A stretch of DNA of 64,000 nt, taken from positions 455,701-519,700 of the forward strand of contig CAZXEE010000001.1 of the NCBI GenBank assembly GCA_964639785.1, read 5' to 3'. A program made the position numbers and the translations under genes. The notes beneath the pieces were generated by a model. The model was not told the DNA's origin. It saw nothing but the letters and a program-made list of their open reading frames with translations, and searched no databases. Below, one piece after another: positions 52,460 through 61,908 of this stretch (position 1 is its first letter; each line of letters opens with the position of its first letter). Origin of the DNA: an uncultured Gammaproteobacteria bacterium. Its GTDB lineage: Bacteria; Patescibacteriota; Patescibacteriia; Patescibacteriales; UBA12465.

Positions 52460-53239
52460 CTAAAACTTAATCGGCAAGATAACTTTCTGATCATTCTCCG
52501 GCAGTCCTGACGGATTATCTTTCTGCAATACCAATGAACCAGCTGAGCTGGTTGGACGTGTAAACATGACAGTCGCCTTGAATGGAACGAAGTCAGCCGT
52601 CAAACAATCGCTTTGAGCTTGGGCCACGCCAACCCCTAACTCTTTACCCGATTGGTCTAAGACCCTAACCGGGAAAGAACACTCGAAGAACCAAGAACCG
52701 CGAGCGCTGCCTTCGATTGAAAAAGGACTGGAGATAACTTCATCCACCTTGAAATTATTCAATTTCAAATCATCTGGGATCTGAATTGAAGTTGAAGTTG
52801 ATTCAGATCTTTCAATGTGACGGACAACCGGCATGACAGCCTCCTCACTATATTCATTCTTAAGCTGGCTGAAGCTAACAACAAAAGCCAAGATCATCAT
52901 CATAACTAAAGCTGAAAAGATACCGATAATGATAGAGATCCGGGAACGGCGATTAATCAATAAAAAGCCAAATAAGACCAATAATATCGGCCAAACGACT
53001 TGAAAATTAAAATTGATTGAAGGTAGTATGCCCAAATTCCGTCCTAGATAGAAAAGGCCGAACAATACTAAGGCTAAACCTATAACCATCTTGCCAAAAT
53101 GAGGCCTGTGGCAAGAACAACCGCAAACATGATCATTCTCTTCTACTAATAATTCTTCAACGAGCGGGAGAGACTTGGGTTTAACTGGATTCTTTTTGGC
53201 GGCCGATGTCTTGGCATTGCCAACTTTGAGATTCTTCAT
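52460..53239 (-). CDS. Membrane protein with LiaF-like TM region and a C-terminal Gmad2 Ig-like domain
   Basis: Three to four TM segments, then SPFSIEGSARGSWFFECSFPVRVLDQSGKELG...FVPFKATVMF, which resembles the Gmad2 domain. Confidence 0.65.
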   Translation of the reverse strand: MKNLKVGNAKTSAAKKNPVKPKSLPLVEELLVEENDHVCGCSCHRPHFGKMVIGLALVLFGLFYLGRNLGILPSINFNFQVVWPILLVLFGFLLINRRSRISIIIGIFSALVMMMILAFVVSFSQLKNEYSEEAVMPVVRHIERSESTSTSIQIPDDLKLNNFKVDEVISSPFSIEGSARGSWFFECSFPVRVLDQSGKELGVGVAQAQSDCLTADFVPFKATVMFTRPTSSAGSLVLQKDNPSGLPENDQKVILPIKF

Positions 53240-53250
53240 ATTTTTTATGA

Positions 53251-53778
53251 TTACTTCTGCTTATTATTCCGGCTATAATTATCCAAAAGATAAAGGCCGA
53301 GAATGATAATTAAAAAAGAATAAAATAAATTCCAATTGATATAAAAATGAAAAGCTTCCCGCAAGAGCATAAAAGTTCCAACCGCCAAAATGATCAATCC
53401 CAAAACGTTACGAGCATGATGCTTGTCCTCTGCGTCCATCTTGCTTGATATCTTTCGAGCGCTAATTTTCAATTCCTCGGCCAAGTCCTCAACCTTCTTA
53501 GATTTAACCATCTTTTCATTCGAATCAACCGGAGCTACTATCGCCAAAATGATATAGAGCAAGACTCCTACACCACTTCCAAGAGCTAAGATGATAAAAA
53601 GAATCCTGATCAGAGTTGAATCGATGCCAAAGTACTCGCCCAATCCGCCACAGACTCCCCAGATTACCCGATCAGTACTGGAACGATAGAACTTTTTAAT
53701 CGGCTTAGACATAATTTTAAATTTATTTATTTTTACAGATAAAATTATCAACACCAATATTATAGCAAATTTTTTCAA
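53251..53778 (-). CDS. PspC-domain membrane protein
   Basis: KKFYRSSTDRVIWGVCGGLGEYFGIDSTLIRILFIIL is the PspC domain. The true start may be the internal MSKPIKK. Confidence 0.8.
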   Translation of the reverse strand: MKKFAIILVLIILSVKINKFKIMSKPIKKFYRSSTDRVIWGVCGGLGEYFGIDSTLIRILFIILALGSGVGVLLYIILAIVAPVDSNEKMVKSKKVEDLAEELKISARKISSKMDAEDKHHARNVLGLIILAVGTFMLLREAFHFYINWNLFYSFLIIILGLYLLDNYSRNNKQK

Positions 53779-53790
53779 AACCGAAAATAC

Positions 53791-54963
53791 TTATTTTATC
53801 CTTCGAGCTCTCCGACCGGCATTGATTACGAAACGATGAGCCTCTTCCCTGGTCTTCAATAAGACATCTTTGGAATTTTCTGCCAATTCCTTAAAATTAT
53901 TATTTACCCCCTTGGTAAAAACCAGCTTGTCACCGCCGAACTTAGAGATGCCTACCATGGGAAAATGGATGTTGTGGCGCTCTAAAACCCGGCTGACAAA
54001 ATCAATCTGCGGCTTACCGCCGTCAATCATGAGCAAGTCAGGCAAAGGCCAGTCCTGATGGGCAAAACGGCGCAAAAGCATCTCTACCAAAGCTCGTTCA
54101 TCATCTCCCGGGGGAGCTTCCTTGATCTTGAATAAGCGATATTCCTTCTTGTCTGCTTCGCCGCCAGAAAAAACCACCATGGAACCATAGGTTTCCCTGC
54201 CATTCAAATGAGAAATGTCATAGCCCTCAATCCGATTAATCCTAGGAGAATCAAGTTCGTCTTCGCGGACCAAGAGCGAAACGTCCTGGATGTGCTGAAG
54301 GGCTTTAGCTTTATCCGGATTATCTTTCATCAACTTAGCCAACAAGCGTTTCTTGTCACCCCGCAATAACATGACGATATTTTTGATATTGGATTGATAA
54401 TCTTTCTGGCTGACAGCATCAATACAAGCTCCAGGACAAAGGCCGATCTGATAATCAAAGCAAGCCTTGCCGCTTTGCGGTCGGCAATTGCCATAGGGAA
54501 AAAGCCGCCGAATGATCTTGATGGCATTCTGGATCAGAAAGAATGATTGGTATGGACCAAAGACATAGGCTTTGGCTGGAGGAAATTTTTTCAATTCCTG
54601 ACCGCGGATGATAATCGGCTTCGGATATTTATCAGTCTTGGAAATAACCACATAAATAAACGAACGGTCATCTTTATCCTTAACATTATATTTGGGCCAA
54701 TGCTTCTTGATACAACGAGCCTCCAGGATTATCGCTTCCAGCAGATTATCACAGACCTCATATCTGATATCCTGGGCCAAGCTAACCATCTCGGCGATTC
54801 GCGGATCAATATTCTTCTGGAAATATTGGTTTACCCGGTTATGCAGATTAGTAGCCCGACCGATATACAGGATGCCCCCGGATTGGTCTAACCAAAAATA
54901 GACCCCCGGTTCCTTGGGGAATTTTTTTGCCTTTTCCCTGATCGATATCCGACCTGCAGCCAT
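53791..54963 (-). CDS. uvrC: Excinuclease ABC subunit C, short form (GIY-YIG plus RNase-H-like endonuclease; no UVR or (HhH)2 domains)
   Basis: PGVYFWLDQSGGILYIGRATNLHNRVNQYF (GIY-YIG), and IEGYDISHLNG...MVVF...YRLFKI (C-terminal endonuclease domain). 390 aa versus about 600 for typical UvrC. Confidence 0.85.
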   Translation of the reverse strand: MAAGRISIREKAKKFPKEPGVYFWLDQSGGILYIGRATNLHNRVNQYFQKNIDPRIAEMVSLAQDIRYEVCDNLLEAIILEARCIKKHWPKYNVKDKDDRSFIYVVISKTDKYPKPIIIRGQELKKFPPAKAYVFGPYQSFFLIQNAIKIIRRLFPYGNCRPQSGKACFDYQIGLCPGACIDAVSQKDYQSNIKNIVMLLRGDKKRLLAKLMKDNPDKAKALQHIQDVSLLVREDELDSPRINRIEGYDISHLNGRETYGSMVVFSGGEADKKEYRLFKIKEAPPGDDERALVEMLLRRFAHQDWPLPDLLMIDGGKPQIDFVSRVLERHNIHFPMVGISKFGGDKLVFTKGVNNNFKELAENSKDVLLKTREEAHRFVINAGRRARRIK

Positions 54964-54964
54964 A

Positions 54965-57469
54965 TTATTTTTTTAAATAAGGTTTCAAATAGACTCCGGT
55001 AACGCTATCATCATCCCGGACAATATCTTCCGGTTCTCCGTGCGCTATCAGCTTGCCGCCACCTTCTCCGCCCTCCGGACCGAGGTCTAAGACATAGTCC
55101 ATGGATTTGATCATATGAAGGTTATGTTCGATGATAAAAGCGGAATTTCCTTTATCAACCAGCTTGTTCAAGACATCAAGCAATAATTCGATATCATGGT
55201 AATGCAAGCCGGTCGTCGGTTCATCCAAGAGATAAAGAGTCTTTTGCCCCAAGGTATGGGTCAATTCTTTGGCAATCTTAATACGCTGGGCCTCGCCACC
55301 GGATAAGGTGGTAGCCGATTGTCCCAATTTCAGATAACCCAAACCGACATCGACTAAGATCTTGAGTTTGTCAGCGATATAATAATTCTCCGAGAAGAAA
55401 CTCAGAGCCTCAGAAATCGTCAGATCCAATATGTCGGCAATATTCAAACCTTTGTATTTGACCTGCAAGGTTTCACGATTGAATCGACGGCCATGGCAAA
55501 CTTCACACTCCACTAATACCGGCGGCAAGAAATGCATCTCAATTAAATTAGCCCCAGCTCCTTCGCAGGCCTCACAGCGTCCTCCAGCACAATTGAAAGA
55601 AAAACGGGACTGGGAATAAAGCCGTTCTTTTGAAGCCGGCAATTCGGCGAAGAAATTCCGAATCGGAGTAAAGATACCGGTGTAGGTAGCCGGATTAGAA
55701 CGCGGCGTCCGACCGATAGGCGACTGGTCGATAACCACCACCTTGTTGATATATTCGGTTCCTTTGATATCTACCACCCCCTCAAGCTGCGGCCGGCCTC
55801 TCTGATTCTTGATTCTAGTGATGTTCCGATAGATAACGTCATATAACAGCGAGGACTTGCCGGATCCAGAGACTCCGGTGATTCCGACCAATCTTCCGAG
55901 CGGCAGGCTGATATTGATATTCTTCAAATTATTAGCCCGGGCGCCAACCACCTTCAACTCGCCATGGTTCTGGCTGCGTCTCTTGGTTGGTACTACAATT
56001 TCCCTTTTGCCTTTCAGATATTTCAAGGTCAGAGAATCTTTAAAACTGGTTTCATTCTCACCCAGTAATTCCAAGGTATTGCCAATCGCCACTATTTCTC
56101 CGCCATGGACGCCAGCTTTTGGACCCATATCAACCAAGTAGTCAGACTCCAAAATAGTCCTTTCATCATGTTCAACAATGACGACAGTATTATTCTTATC
56201 CCGCAAAGTCTTCAAAGTATCAATCAAGCGATCCGTATCCCTTTCATGCAGACCGATAGTCGGTTCATCTAACACATAAAGGGTACGTGATAATTGTGAG
56301 CCAATCTGGGATGACAGGCGAATCCGTTGGGCTTCTCCGCCGGAAAGGGTCTCGGCCTCTCGATCAATGGAAAGATAATTTAACCCGACTCGCAGCATGA
56401 ATTCCAAGCGGTTAATAATCTGGTTGATAACCGCTTCAGCAATAGTCAACTCGCGGACCGTCATCTTATTCTTATACCCGATAAAAAAATCGAGAGCCTT
56501 ATCAACGCTCAAATGAGTCGCCTCAGAGATATTTTTTCCATCGATCCGAACCGCCAGAGCTTCCGGACGCAATCTAGCTCCATTACATTTTGGACAGATA
56601 TCTTCAGCTGAATAGCCGATCTTTCCTAAACCAGAACAAGAATCACAAGCGCCATGTGGTGAATTGAAAGAAAAAAGACGCGGCTCGACCTCCGGAAAAG
56701 CGAAACCGTCATTCGGACAAGTCCAATTAGAAGACATCAAATGATCCCTGCCGGCAGCCTGAGAAATCACCAAGCCCTGGCTATATGACAAGGAGTTTTC
56801 CACCGCTTCAAAAAGCCGAGTCTGATCATCCAACATCACCTTATCAATCACGATATCAATCGCATGCTTCTTGTTCGGAGATAATTTAATTTGCTCCCGC
56901 AAGGAATGCATTTCACCGTCAATCCGAGCTTCAGCATAACCGAGACTCAGATAATCATATAACAGCTGATAATGCTCTCCCTTGCGATCCAACACCACCG
57001 GACTCAGGATGGTCACATATTCTTGCTTATCTTCTTTGGCTCGAGAAACTATAATATCAACCATCTCCTCCAATGATAGTTTTTCAATCTTCATTCCGCA
57101 GACTGGACAGAATACCTCGCCCAAACGGGCATACAAAACCCGAAGATAATCATAGATATCGGTTAAAGTCCCAACAGTTGATCGCGGATTATGAGACAAG
57201 GCTTTCTGGTCGATAGCGATAGCTGGAGCCAACCCAATAATCTCGTCGACGTCCGGAGCTTTCTTCTGGCCCAAGAACTGGCGCATGTAAGGCGACAAGG
57301 ACTCAACATATTGACGTTGCCCTTCCGCAAAGATAGTATCAAAAGCCAAGGTCGATTTGCCCGACCCAGAAACTCCGGTAATCACCGTTAATTTATTATG
57401 CGGTATTTCCAGATTGATATTTTTCAGATTGTGCATCCGGGCACCCCGGATACTGATTTTGTCATCCAT
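54965..57469 (-). CDS. uvrA: Excinuclease ABC subunit A lacking the insertion domain
   Basis: Two ABC modules (GVSGSGKST twice; LSGGEAQR twice) and zinc modules. 834 aa. CDSCSGLGKIGYSAEDICPKCNGARL joins motifs that are about 130 aa apart in E. coli UvrA. Confidence 0.95.
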   Translation of the reverse strand: MDDKISIRGARMHNLKNINLEIPHNKLTVITGVSGSGKSTLAFDTIFAEGQRQYVESLSPYMRQFLGQKKAPDVDEIIGLAPAIAIDQKALSHNPRSTVGTLTDIYDYLRVLYARLGEVFCPVCGMKIEKLSLEEMVDIIVSRAKEDKQEYVTILSPVVLDRKGEHYQLLYDYLSLGYAEARIDGEMHSLREQIKLSPNKKHAIDIVIDKVMLDDQTRLFEAVENSLSYSQGLVISQAAGRDHLMSSNWTCPNDGFAFPEVEPRLFSFNSPHGACDSCSGLGKIGYSAEDICPKCNGARLRPEALAVRIDGKNISEATHLSVDKALDFFIGYKNKMTVRELTIAEAVINQIINRLEFMLRVGLNYLSIDREAETLSGGEAQRIRLSSQIGSQLSRTLYVLDEPTIGLHERDTDRLIDTLKTLRDKNNTVVIVEHDERTILESDYLVDMGPKAGVHGGEIVAIGNTLELLGENETSFKDSLTLKYLKGKREIVVPTKRRSQNHGELKVVGARANNLKNINISLPLGRLVGITGVSGSGKSSLLYDVIYRNITRIKNQRGRPQLEGVVDIKGTEYINKVVVIDQSPIGRTPRSNPATYTGIFTPIRNFFAELPASKERLYSQSRFSFNCAGGRCEACEGAGANLIEMHFLPPVLVECEVCHGRRFNRETLQVKYKGLNIADILDLTISEALSFFSENYYIADKLKILVDVGLGYLKLGQSATTLSGGEAQRIKIAKELTHTLGQKTLYLLDEPTTGLHYHDIELLLDVLNKLVDKGNSAFIIEHNLHMIKSMDYVLDLGPEGGEGGGKLIAHGEPEDIVRDDDSVTGVYLKPYLKK

Positions 57470-57470
57470 G

Positions 57471-58070
57471 TTATTTAGAAATATAAGCCTTCTTCGGATT
57501 TAATCCTTTAGACAATAATAAAGCATCGCTATTCTTGAAATAGAACATCTTGATGGTTGTCAGCCAATCCAGGTGGTAATAAGCGGCAAAGATCATCTTG
57601 CCAATATCGCCATGAGTCACCAACAAGACATTACCTGATTTATTATTCCTTTTAACCTCAGCCAAGACCCTCTTAGCTCTTTGCAAGAGTCCTGGAAAAG
57701 TTTCTGCGCCATAAGGATCTAAAAAATAATTAACTCCTTCGGTAACTATCACTTTTGGAGCGCACAAAGGGATAATATCAGCGATTGGCTTTCCGGCCAT
57801 AATACCGAAATCCCTCTCAATCAAACCTGAAAAGACCTTGGCTTTATTTATCTTCAATTCTTTGGTGATAATCTCAGCTGTTTCCTTAGCCCGTTTTAAA
57901 GGTGAAACATAGGAAGCGGTAAAATCAATATTGAGACCCTTCAAGGTCTTGGCTAATTCTTTAGCCTGTTTCCGACCTAAGGCAGTAAGCGGTTTATCCC
58001 GATGGCCGTTTAGGATTAATTTGGCATTGTCTTGGTCTTGGCCATGGCGCACGATATAGATGTTCAGCAT
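57471..58070 (-). CDS. Histidine phosphatase family protein (phosphoglycerate-mutase-like)
   Basis: IVRHGQ (RHG motif) at the N-terminus and THGD later. Sits between uvrB and uvrA with gaps of 5 nt and 1 nt. Confidence 0.85.
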   Translation of the reverse strand: MLNIYIVRHGQDQDNAKLILNGHRDKPLTALGRKQAKELAKTLKGLNIDFTASYVSPLKRAKETAEIITKELKINKAKVFSGLIERDFGIMAGKPIADIIPLCAPKVIVTEGVNYFLDPYGAETFPGLLQRAKRVLAEVKRNNKSGNVLLVTHGDIGKMIFAAYYHLDWLTTIKMFYFKNSDALLLSKGLNPKKAYISK

Positions 58071-58075
58071 AATCT

Positions 58076-59914
58076 TTATTTATTTTCGATTGAAACCTGT
58101 AACAGGTCTTCAATCTTCTTATTAATAGTTTTAGGCACGATGTGGTGCTCCTTGTTGTAAGCTAACTGCTTTTCTCTCCTTCTCTCGACTTCAGCGATAG
58201 CTTTCTTCATTGAATCAGTCTTCTTGTCAGCATAAAGGATGATCTTGCCGCTGACATTACGGGCCGCCCGGCCCATAGTCTGCATCAAAGAGGTCTCACT
58301 GCGCAAGAAGCCTTCGCGGTCAGCATCCAGGATGGCCACCAAGGTCACTTCCGGTAAATCCAAACCCTCTCGCAAAAGATTAACCCCGATCAAGACATCA
58401 AATTTTCCCAAACGGAAATCCTTCAATATTTCGGTCCGCTCAAAGGTCTTGATATCAGAATGCAGATAATTACTCTTGAAGCCCTTGCCACGCAAGAAAG
58501 AATCCAGATCCTCCGCTTGTTTCTTGGTTAAAGTATTAACTATCACTCTCTCGCCTTTTTTCGATAAGACTTCGATTTCAGACATGATGTCATTGATCTG
58601 GCTATAATTCTTAGCCTTATTGAACACCGGCCTGATTTCTATCTCTGGATCAACTAACCCGGTCGGACGGATAACTTGCTCAGCAATCTGCTTAGAATTC
58701 TCTTTTTCAAAATCACCCGGAGTAGCGGTAGTAAACACTACCCGACCGATACGTTCCTTGAATTCTGGAAAGCGCAAGGGACGATTATCCAGGGCCGATG
58801 GCAATCTCCAACCATATTTAATAAGGGTTTCCTTGCGAGACCGATCTCCGGCATACATGCCCCTGATTTGCGGCACAGAAATATGGCTTTCATCGATAAT
58901 CGTCAAGAAGTCTGGTTTGCCATCCTTCCAAGGAAAGTAAGCCAATAATGAATCTGGCGCTTCACCGCTCAACTTACCAGTCAAATGGCGGGAATAATTC
59001 TCAATGCCATGGCAATATCCGATACTTCGGAGCATTTCCATGTCATATCTAGTGCGCCGTTCCAAGCGTTCTGCTTCTAAATACAGCTTATTTTCATTAA
59101 AATATTCCAATCTTTCCTTCAATTCCAACTGGATGCTCTTGATGGCAGTCTCAATCTGAGGCTTGGTGGATATGAAATGCTTTGGCGGAAAAACCACTAT
59201 CTCTTCTAGATGTTCCAAAATATTCTTAGTCACATTATCAACCACATTGATATCAGAAATCTTTTGCTCTGATAACTCCAAACGATAGATAATATTCTCC
59301 GACATCGGACGGATCTCAAAGACATCGCCCCTGACTCGGAATTGTCCTCGAGACACAGGACCGGAAGTTCGCTCAAATTGGATCTTAACCAATTGAGAAA
59401 TCAGATCAGCCCGAACCATCGCTTGTCCGATTTCCAGATGCAGAGCTGACTCAATATAGCTGTTCGGAACGCCTAAGTTATAGATACAGGAAACTGAAGC
59501 GACAATGATCACATCACGGCGGGACAGCAAAGCCGAAGTAGCTGCATGGCGTAAACGGTCAATTTCCTGATTGATCATCGCTTCTTTCTCGATATAAGTG
59601 TCAGTAATCGGCAAATAGGCCTCCGGTTGATAATAATCATAATAAGAAACGAAGTAATGGACATCATTTTCCGGAAAGAAATTCTTGTATTCTCTGTATA
59701 ATTGAGCTGCCAAAGCCTTGTTTGGCGCAATCACCAAAGTTGGCTGTTCAATTTTTGTGATCAAATTCGCTACAGTGAAGGTCTTGCCTGATCCGGTCAC
59801 ACCTAAAAGGGTTTGAAAGTCATACCCCTTCTCTAATCCATCCAAAAGCTTAGCGATAGCTTGAGGCTGGTCACCGGCTGGGGCAAAATCTGATTTTAGC
59901 TTAAATAAACCCAT
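58076..59914 (-). CDS. uvrB: Excinuclease ABC subunit B lacking the C-terminal UVR domain
   Basis: GVTGSGKT, DESH and helicase motifs V/VI (GRAARN). 612 aa, ending shortly after ...YNKEHHIVPKTINKKIEDLL. Confidence 0.95.
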   Translation of the reverse strand: MGLFKLKSDFAPAGDQPQAIAKLLDGLEKGYDFQTLLGVTGSGKTFTVANLITKIEQPTLVIAPNKALAAQLYREYKNFFPENDVHYFVSYYDYYQPEAYLPITDTYIEKEAMINQEIDRLRHAATSALLSRRDVIIVASVSCIYNLGVPNSYIESALHLEIGQAMVRADLISQLVKIQFERTSGPVSRGQFRVRGDVFEIRPMSENIIYRLELSEQKISDINVVDNVTKNILEHLEEIVVFPPKHFISTKPQIETAIKSIQLELKERLEYFNENKLYLEAERLERRTRYDMEMLRSIGYCHGIENYSRHLTGKLSGEAPDSLLAYFPWKDGKPDFLTIIDESHISVPQIRGMYAGDRSRKETLIKYGWRLPSALDNRPLRFPEFKERIGRVVFTTATPGDFEKENSKQIAEQVIRPTGLVDPEIEIRPVFNKAKNYSQINDIMSEIEVLSKKGERVIVNTLTKKQAEDLDSFLRGKGFKSNYLHSDIKTFERTEILKDFRLGKFDVLIGVNLLREGLDLPEVTLVAILDADREGFLRSETSLMQTMGRAARNVSGKIILYADKKTDSMKKAIAEVERRREKQLAYNKEHHIVPKTINKKIEDLLQVSIENK

Positions 59915-59919
59915 ATAGA

Positions 59920-60381
59920 TTAATAATGATAATTTTTCCCTTTAATAATGGCTATGGAACGGTAAATCTGTTCCAGGAGCAATACTTTAGTCATTTCATG
60001 CAGGAATGTCAATTTAGATAAAGATAGCTTCTCATAACGCTCTAACAAGCTTTTTTCTAGTCCTAACGAGCCTCCAATTACAAAGACTATCGGCTCATTG
60101 ATTTTGTCCAATTTTTTAGCTATCCCTTCCGAGTCTAGCTCTACACCCCTTTCGTCCAACAAAAAAATCCGGGCTTCAGGCCTTCTAGACAAGTAATCTT
60201 CAATTCTCTTTCCCTCTTTTCTCTTGGCGGCGGCTTTCTGACTATCAGTAAACGGTTCAGCTGCCAGCTCTATCAGGCTGACTTTAGCATAAGGAGATAA
60301 TCGCTTCAGATATTCCGCTATAGCTGCTTTGAAATAATCGGTCTTCACCGCGCCAATCGATACAATGGTAATATTGAACAT
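59920..60381 (-). CDS. rlmH: 23S rRNA (pseudouridine1915-N3)-methyltransferase RlmH
   Basis: 153-aa SPOUT protein. IVSIGAVK...YLKRL and IVFVIGGSLGL...LSLSKLTFLH match RlmH. Confidence 0.9.
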   Translation of the reverse strand: MFNITIVSIGAVKTDYFKAAIAEYLKRLSPYAKVSLIELAAEPFTDSQKAAAKRKEGKRIEDYLSRRPEARIFLLDERGVELDSEGIAKKLDKINEPIVFVIGGSLGLEKSLLERYEKLSLSKLTFLHEMTKVLLLEQIYRSIAIIKGKNYHY

Positions 60382-60445
60382 AGGACTGGCTTATTTGGGA
60401 AATATAGCTTAAGTATAGGATAAAAAGCTTAAATTGTCCAATACG

Positions 60446-60474
60446 CCAAAAACCCCGCTAGACGGGGTTTTTGG
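60446..60474 (-). terminator. Rho-independent terminator after the 453-aa secreted-protein gene
   Basis: 12-bp stem ccaaaaaccccg / cggggtttttgg with loop ctaga. Confidence 0.75.
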
Positions 60475-60495
60475 CTAGTATAATCTAAATAAAAT

Positions 60496-61857
60496 TTAGA
60501 AATTCAACTGCAAATTATTGCTATAAACACCGCATTTTCCACCTAGATATTCACAAACTCGGAAATATTTAGCTCCGCTTAAATCAGACCAAGAATCAGC
60601 TCTGGTACCGGCATCAGACAAATAATGATATTCATCACCCGGGTAAACTGGATTCTCATGGTCAGCTACCACTACCTTGAATCCCATCGAAGAAGTCATA
60701 TTATTCAAAGTCCAATTCAAAGTTGCAATACCTTCATCATTAACAGATCCGGATAAAGCGATGCTGCCATTAGAAACAACAGCTGTTTCTCCAGTGATAA
60801 CCACCTTGAGATTGTTGCTATAAACACCGCATTTGCCGCCTAAGTATTCACAAACCCGGAAATAATAGGTACCGGCTTCTAATCCGGACCAGGAATCGGT
60901 CCGAACATCAGCATTTGAAAGATAATGATACTCATCACCTGGATAGACTGGATTCTCATGATCAGCCACTACTACCTTGAATCCCATTGAAGAAGTTATA
61001 TTATTCAAAGTCCACTTTAAGGAAGCCTTAGCACCACTGCCAGAACCAGTTAAAACTATGCTTCGATTAGTATTAACAACAGCGGTCGTATTATCATAAC
61101 TGGAAACCTCTTGGGACTGAATCTTGGACAAATCAGCATCCTTGATACCCAAACTCAAATTGCGCATCACGTTGTAAGCTTCCCAACCGTTCTTCAAATA
61201 GCTCAGAGCACCGGTTCGAGGATCGACATAATAAGCTTCGCCGTTCTTTTCCACCTGCAAGACTATCCGGCCCTTTAATCTATCAACTAAAGATTGTTCT
61301 TTGGACTTTAGTTTCTCCAGATTAGCATTAGAGATTCCCAAGCCCATCTGTCGCATGACATTGTAAGCAGTATCGCCATCCCTCAAAAAATAACGGAAAC
61401 TGTTGACCGGATTAACATACCAAGCTTCACCATGCTGTTCGACTTGCAAAAGGATATAACCCTTTAATCGTGAAACGATATTAGTGTTGGTAGTCGCAGT
61501 GGTTGATACCTGCTCATTGGAATTGGTAGTAGCAGCATCAGTGGCCTTGATCAAAGTTGCTCCTACCCAGCCTGTCTGGCCGTCAGAATCTTTGATCTTG
61601 TACCAGCCATCCATTTCGGCAATCACTTTAACCACCTTGCCTTGTGCCAAAACCCTGATCACATTGGATTGGTCCATACAAGGCACGTCACGCAAACGAG
61701 AAGAAATCGTTACCTGACCATTGAAATCCCGAGTGTACATGGGATCCTGGTTGCAGTCATATTCGCTTGGCAAAGCTTCGTTAGCCGAAACCGGTCCGAC
61801 CAGACCGAAGGCCAAAACCAAGGCAAATAACCCGCCCCAGATTTTTGTTTTTTCCAT
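60496..61857 (-). CDS. Secreted modular protein: signal peptide, SH3b-like domain, 2x module A and 2x module B
   Basis: Signal FALVLAFGLVGPVSA. GWYKIKDSDGQTGWV is SH3b-like. Contains two internally duplicated module types (see the repeat features). Confidence 0.75.
   Translation of the reverse strand: MEKTKIWGGLFALVLAFGLVGPVSANEALPSEYDCNQDPMYTRDFNGQVTISSRLRDVPCMDQSNVIRVLAQGKVVKVIAEMDGWYKIKDSDGQTGWVGATLIKATDAATTNSNEQVSTTATTNTNIVSRLKGYILLQVEQHGEAWYVNPVNSFRYFLRDGDTAYNVMRQMGLGISNANLEKLKSKEQSLVDRLKGRIVLQVEKNGEAYYVDPRTGALSYLKNGWEAYNVMRNLSLGIKDADLSKIQSQEVSSYDNTTAVVNTNRSIVLTGSGSGAKASLKWTLNNITSSMGFKVVVADHENPVYPGDEYHYLSNADVRTDSWSGLEAGTYYFRVCEYLGGKCGVYSNNLKVVITGETAVVSNGSIALSGSVNDEGIATLNWTLNNMTSSMGFKVVVADHENPVYPGDEYHYLSDAGTRADSWSDLSGAKYFRVCEYLGGKCGVYSNNLQLNF
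60499..61056 (-). repeat. Intragenic tandem duplication (module B, period 297-300 nt, two copies)
   Basis: ttgctataaacac at 60518 and 60815 (offset 297); ttattcaaag at 60701 and 61001 (offset 300). Protein copies LKWTLNNITSSMGFKVVVADHENPVYPGDEYHYLS...RVCEYLGGKCGVYSNNL and LNWTLNNMTSS... are nearly identical. Confidence 0.85.
61117..61476 (-). repeat. Intragenic duplication (module A, about 60 aa, two copies; more diverged)
   Basis: RLKGYILLQVEQHGEAWYVNP...AYNVMRQMGLGISNANLEKL compared with RLKGRIVLQVEKNGEAYYVDP...AYNVMRNLSLGIKDADLSKI. Confidence 0.6.
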
Positions 61858-61908
61858 AAGTTTTAGATCATATAGCCATAACCCATAAATTAGTAGCCCA
61901 TGATCGAT

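Noticed and set aside
60499-61056. The two near-identical roughly 240-nt segments in the secreted-protein gene might be a diversity-generating retroelement template/variable repeat pair.
   Set aside because: The differences between the copies are of all types rather than confined to adenine positions. Both copies are in-frame parts of one gene, and no reverse transcriptase is nearby.
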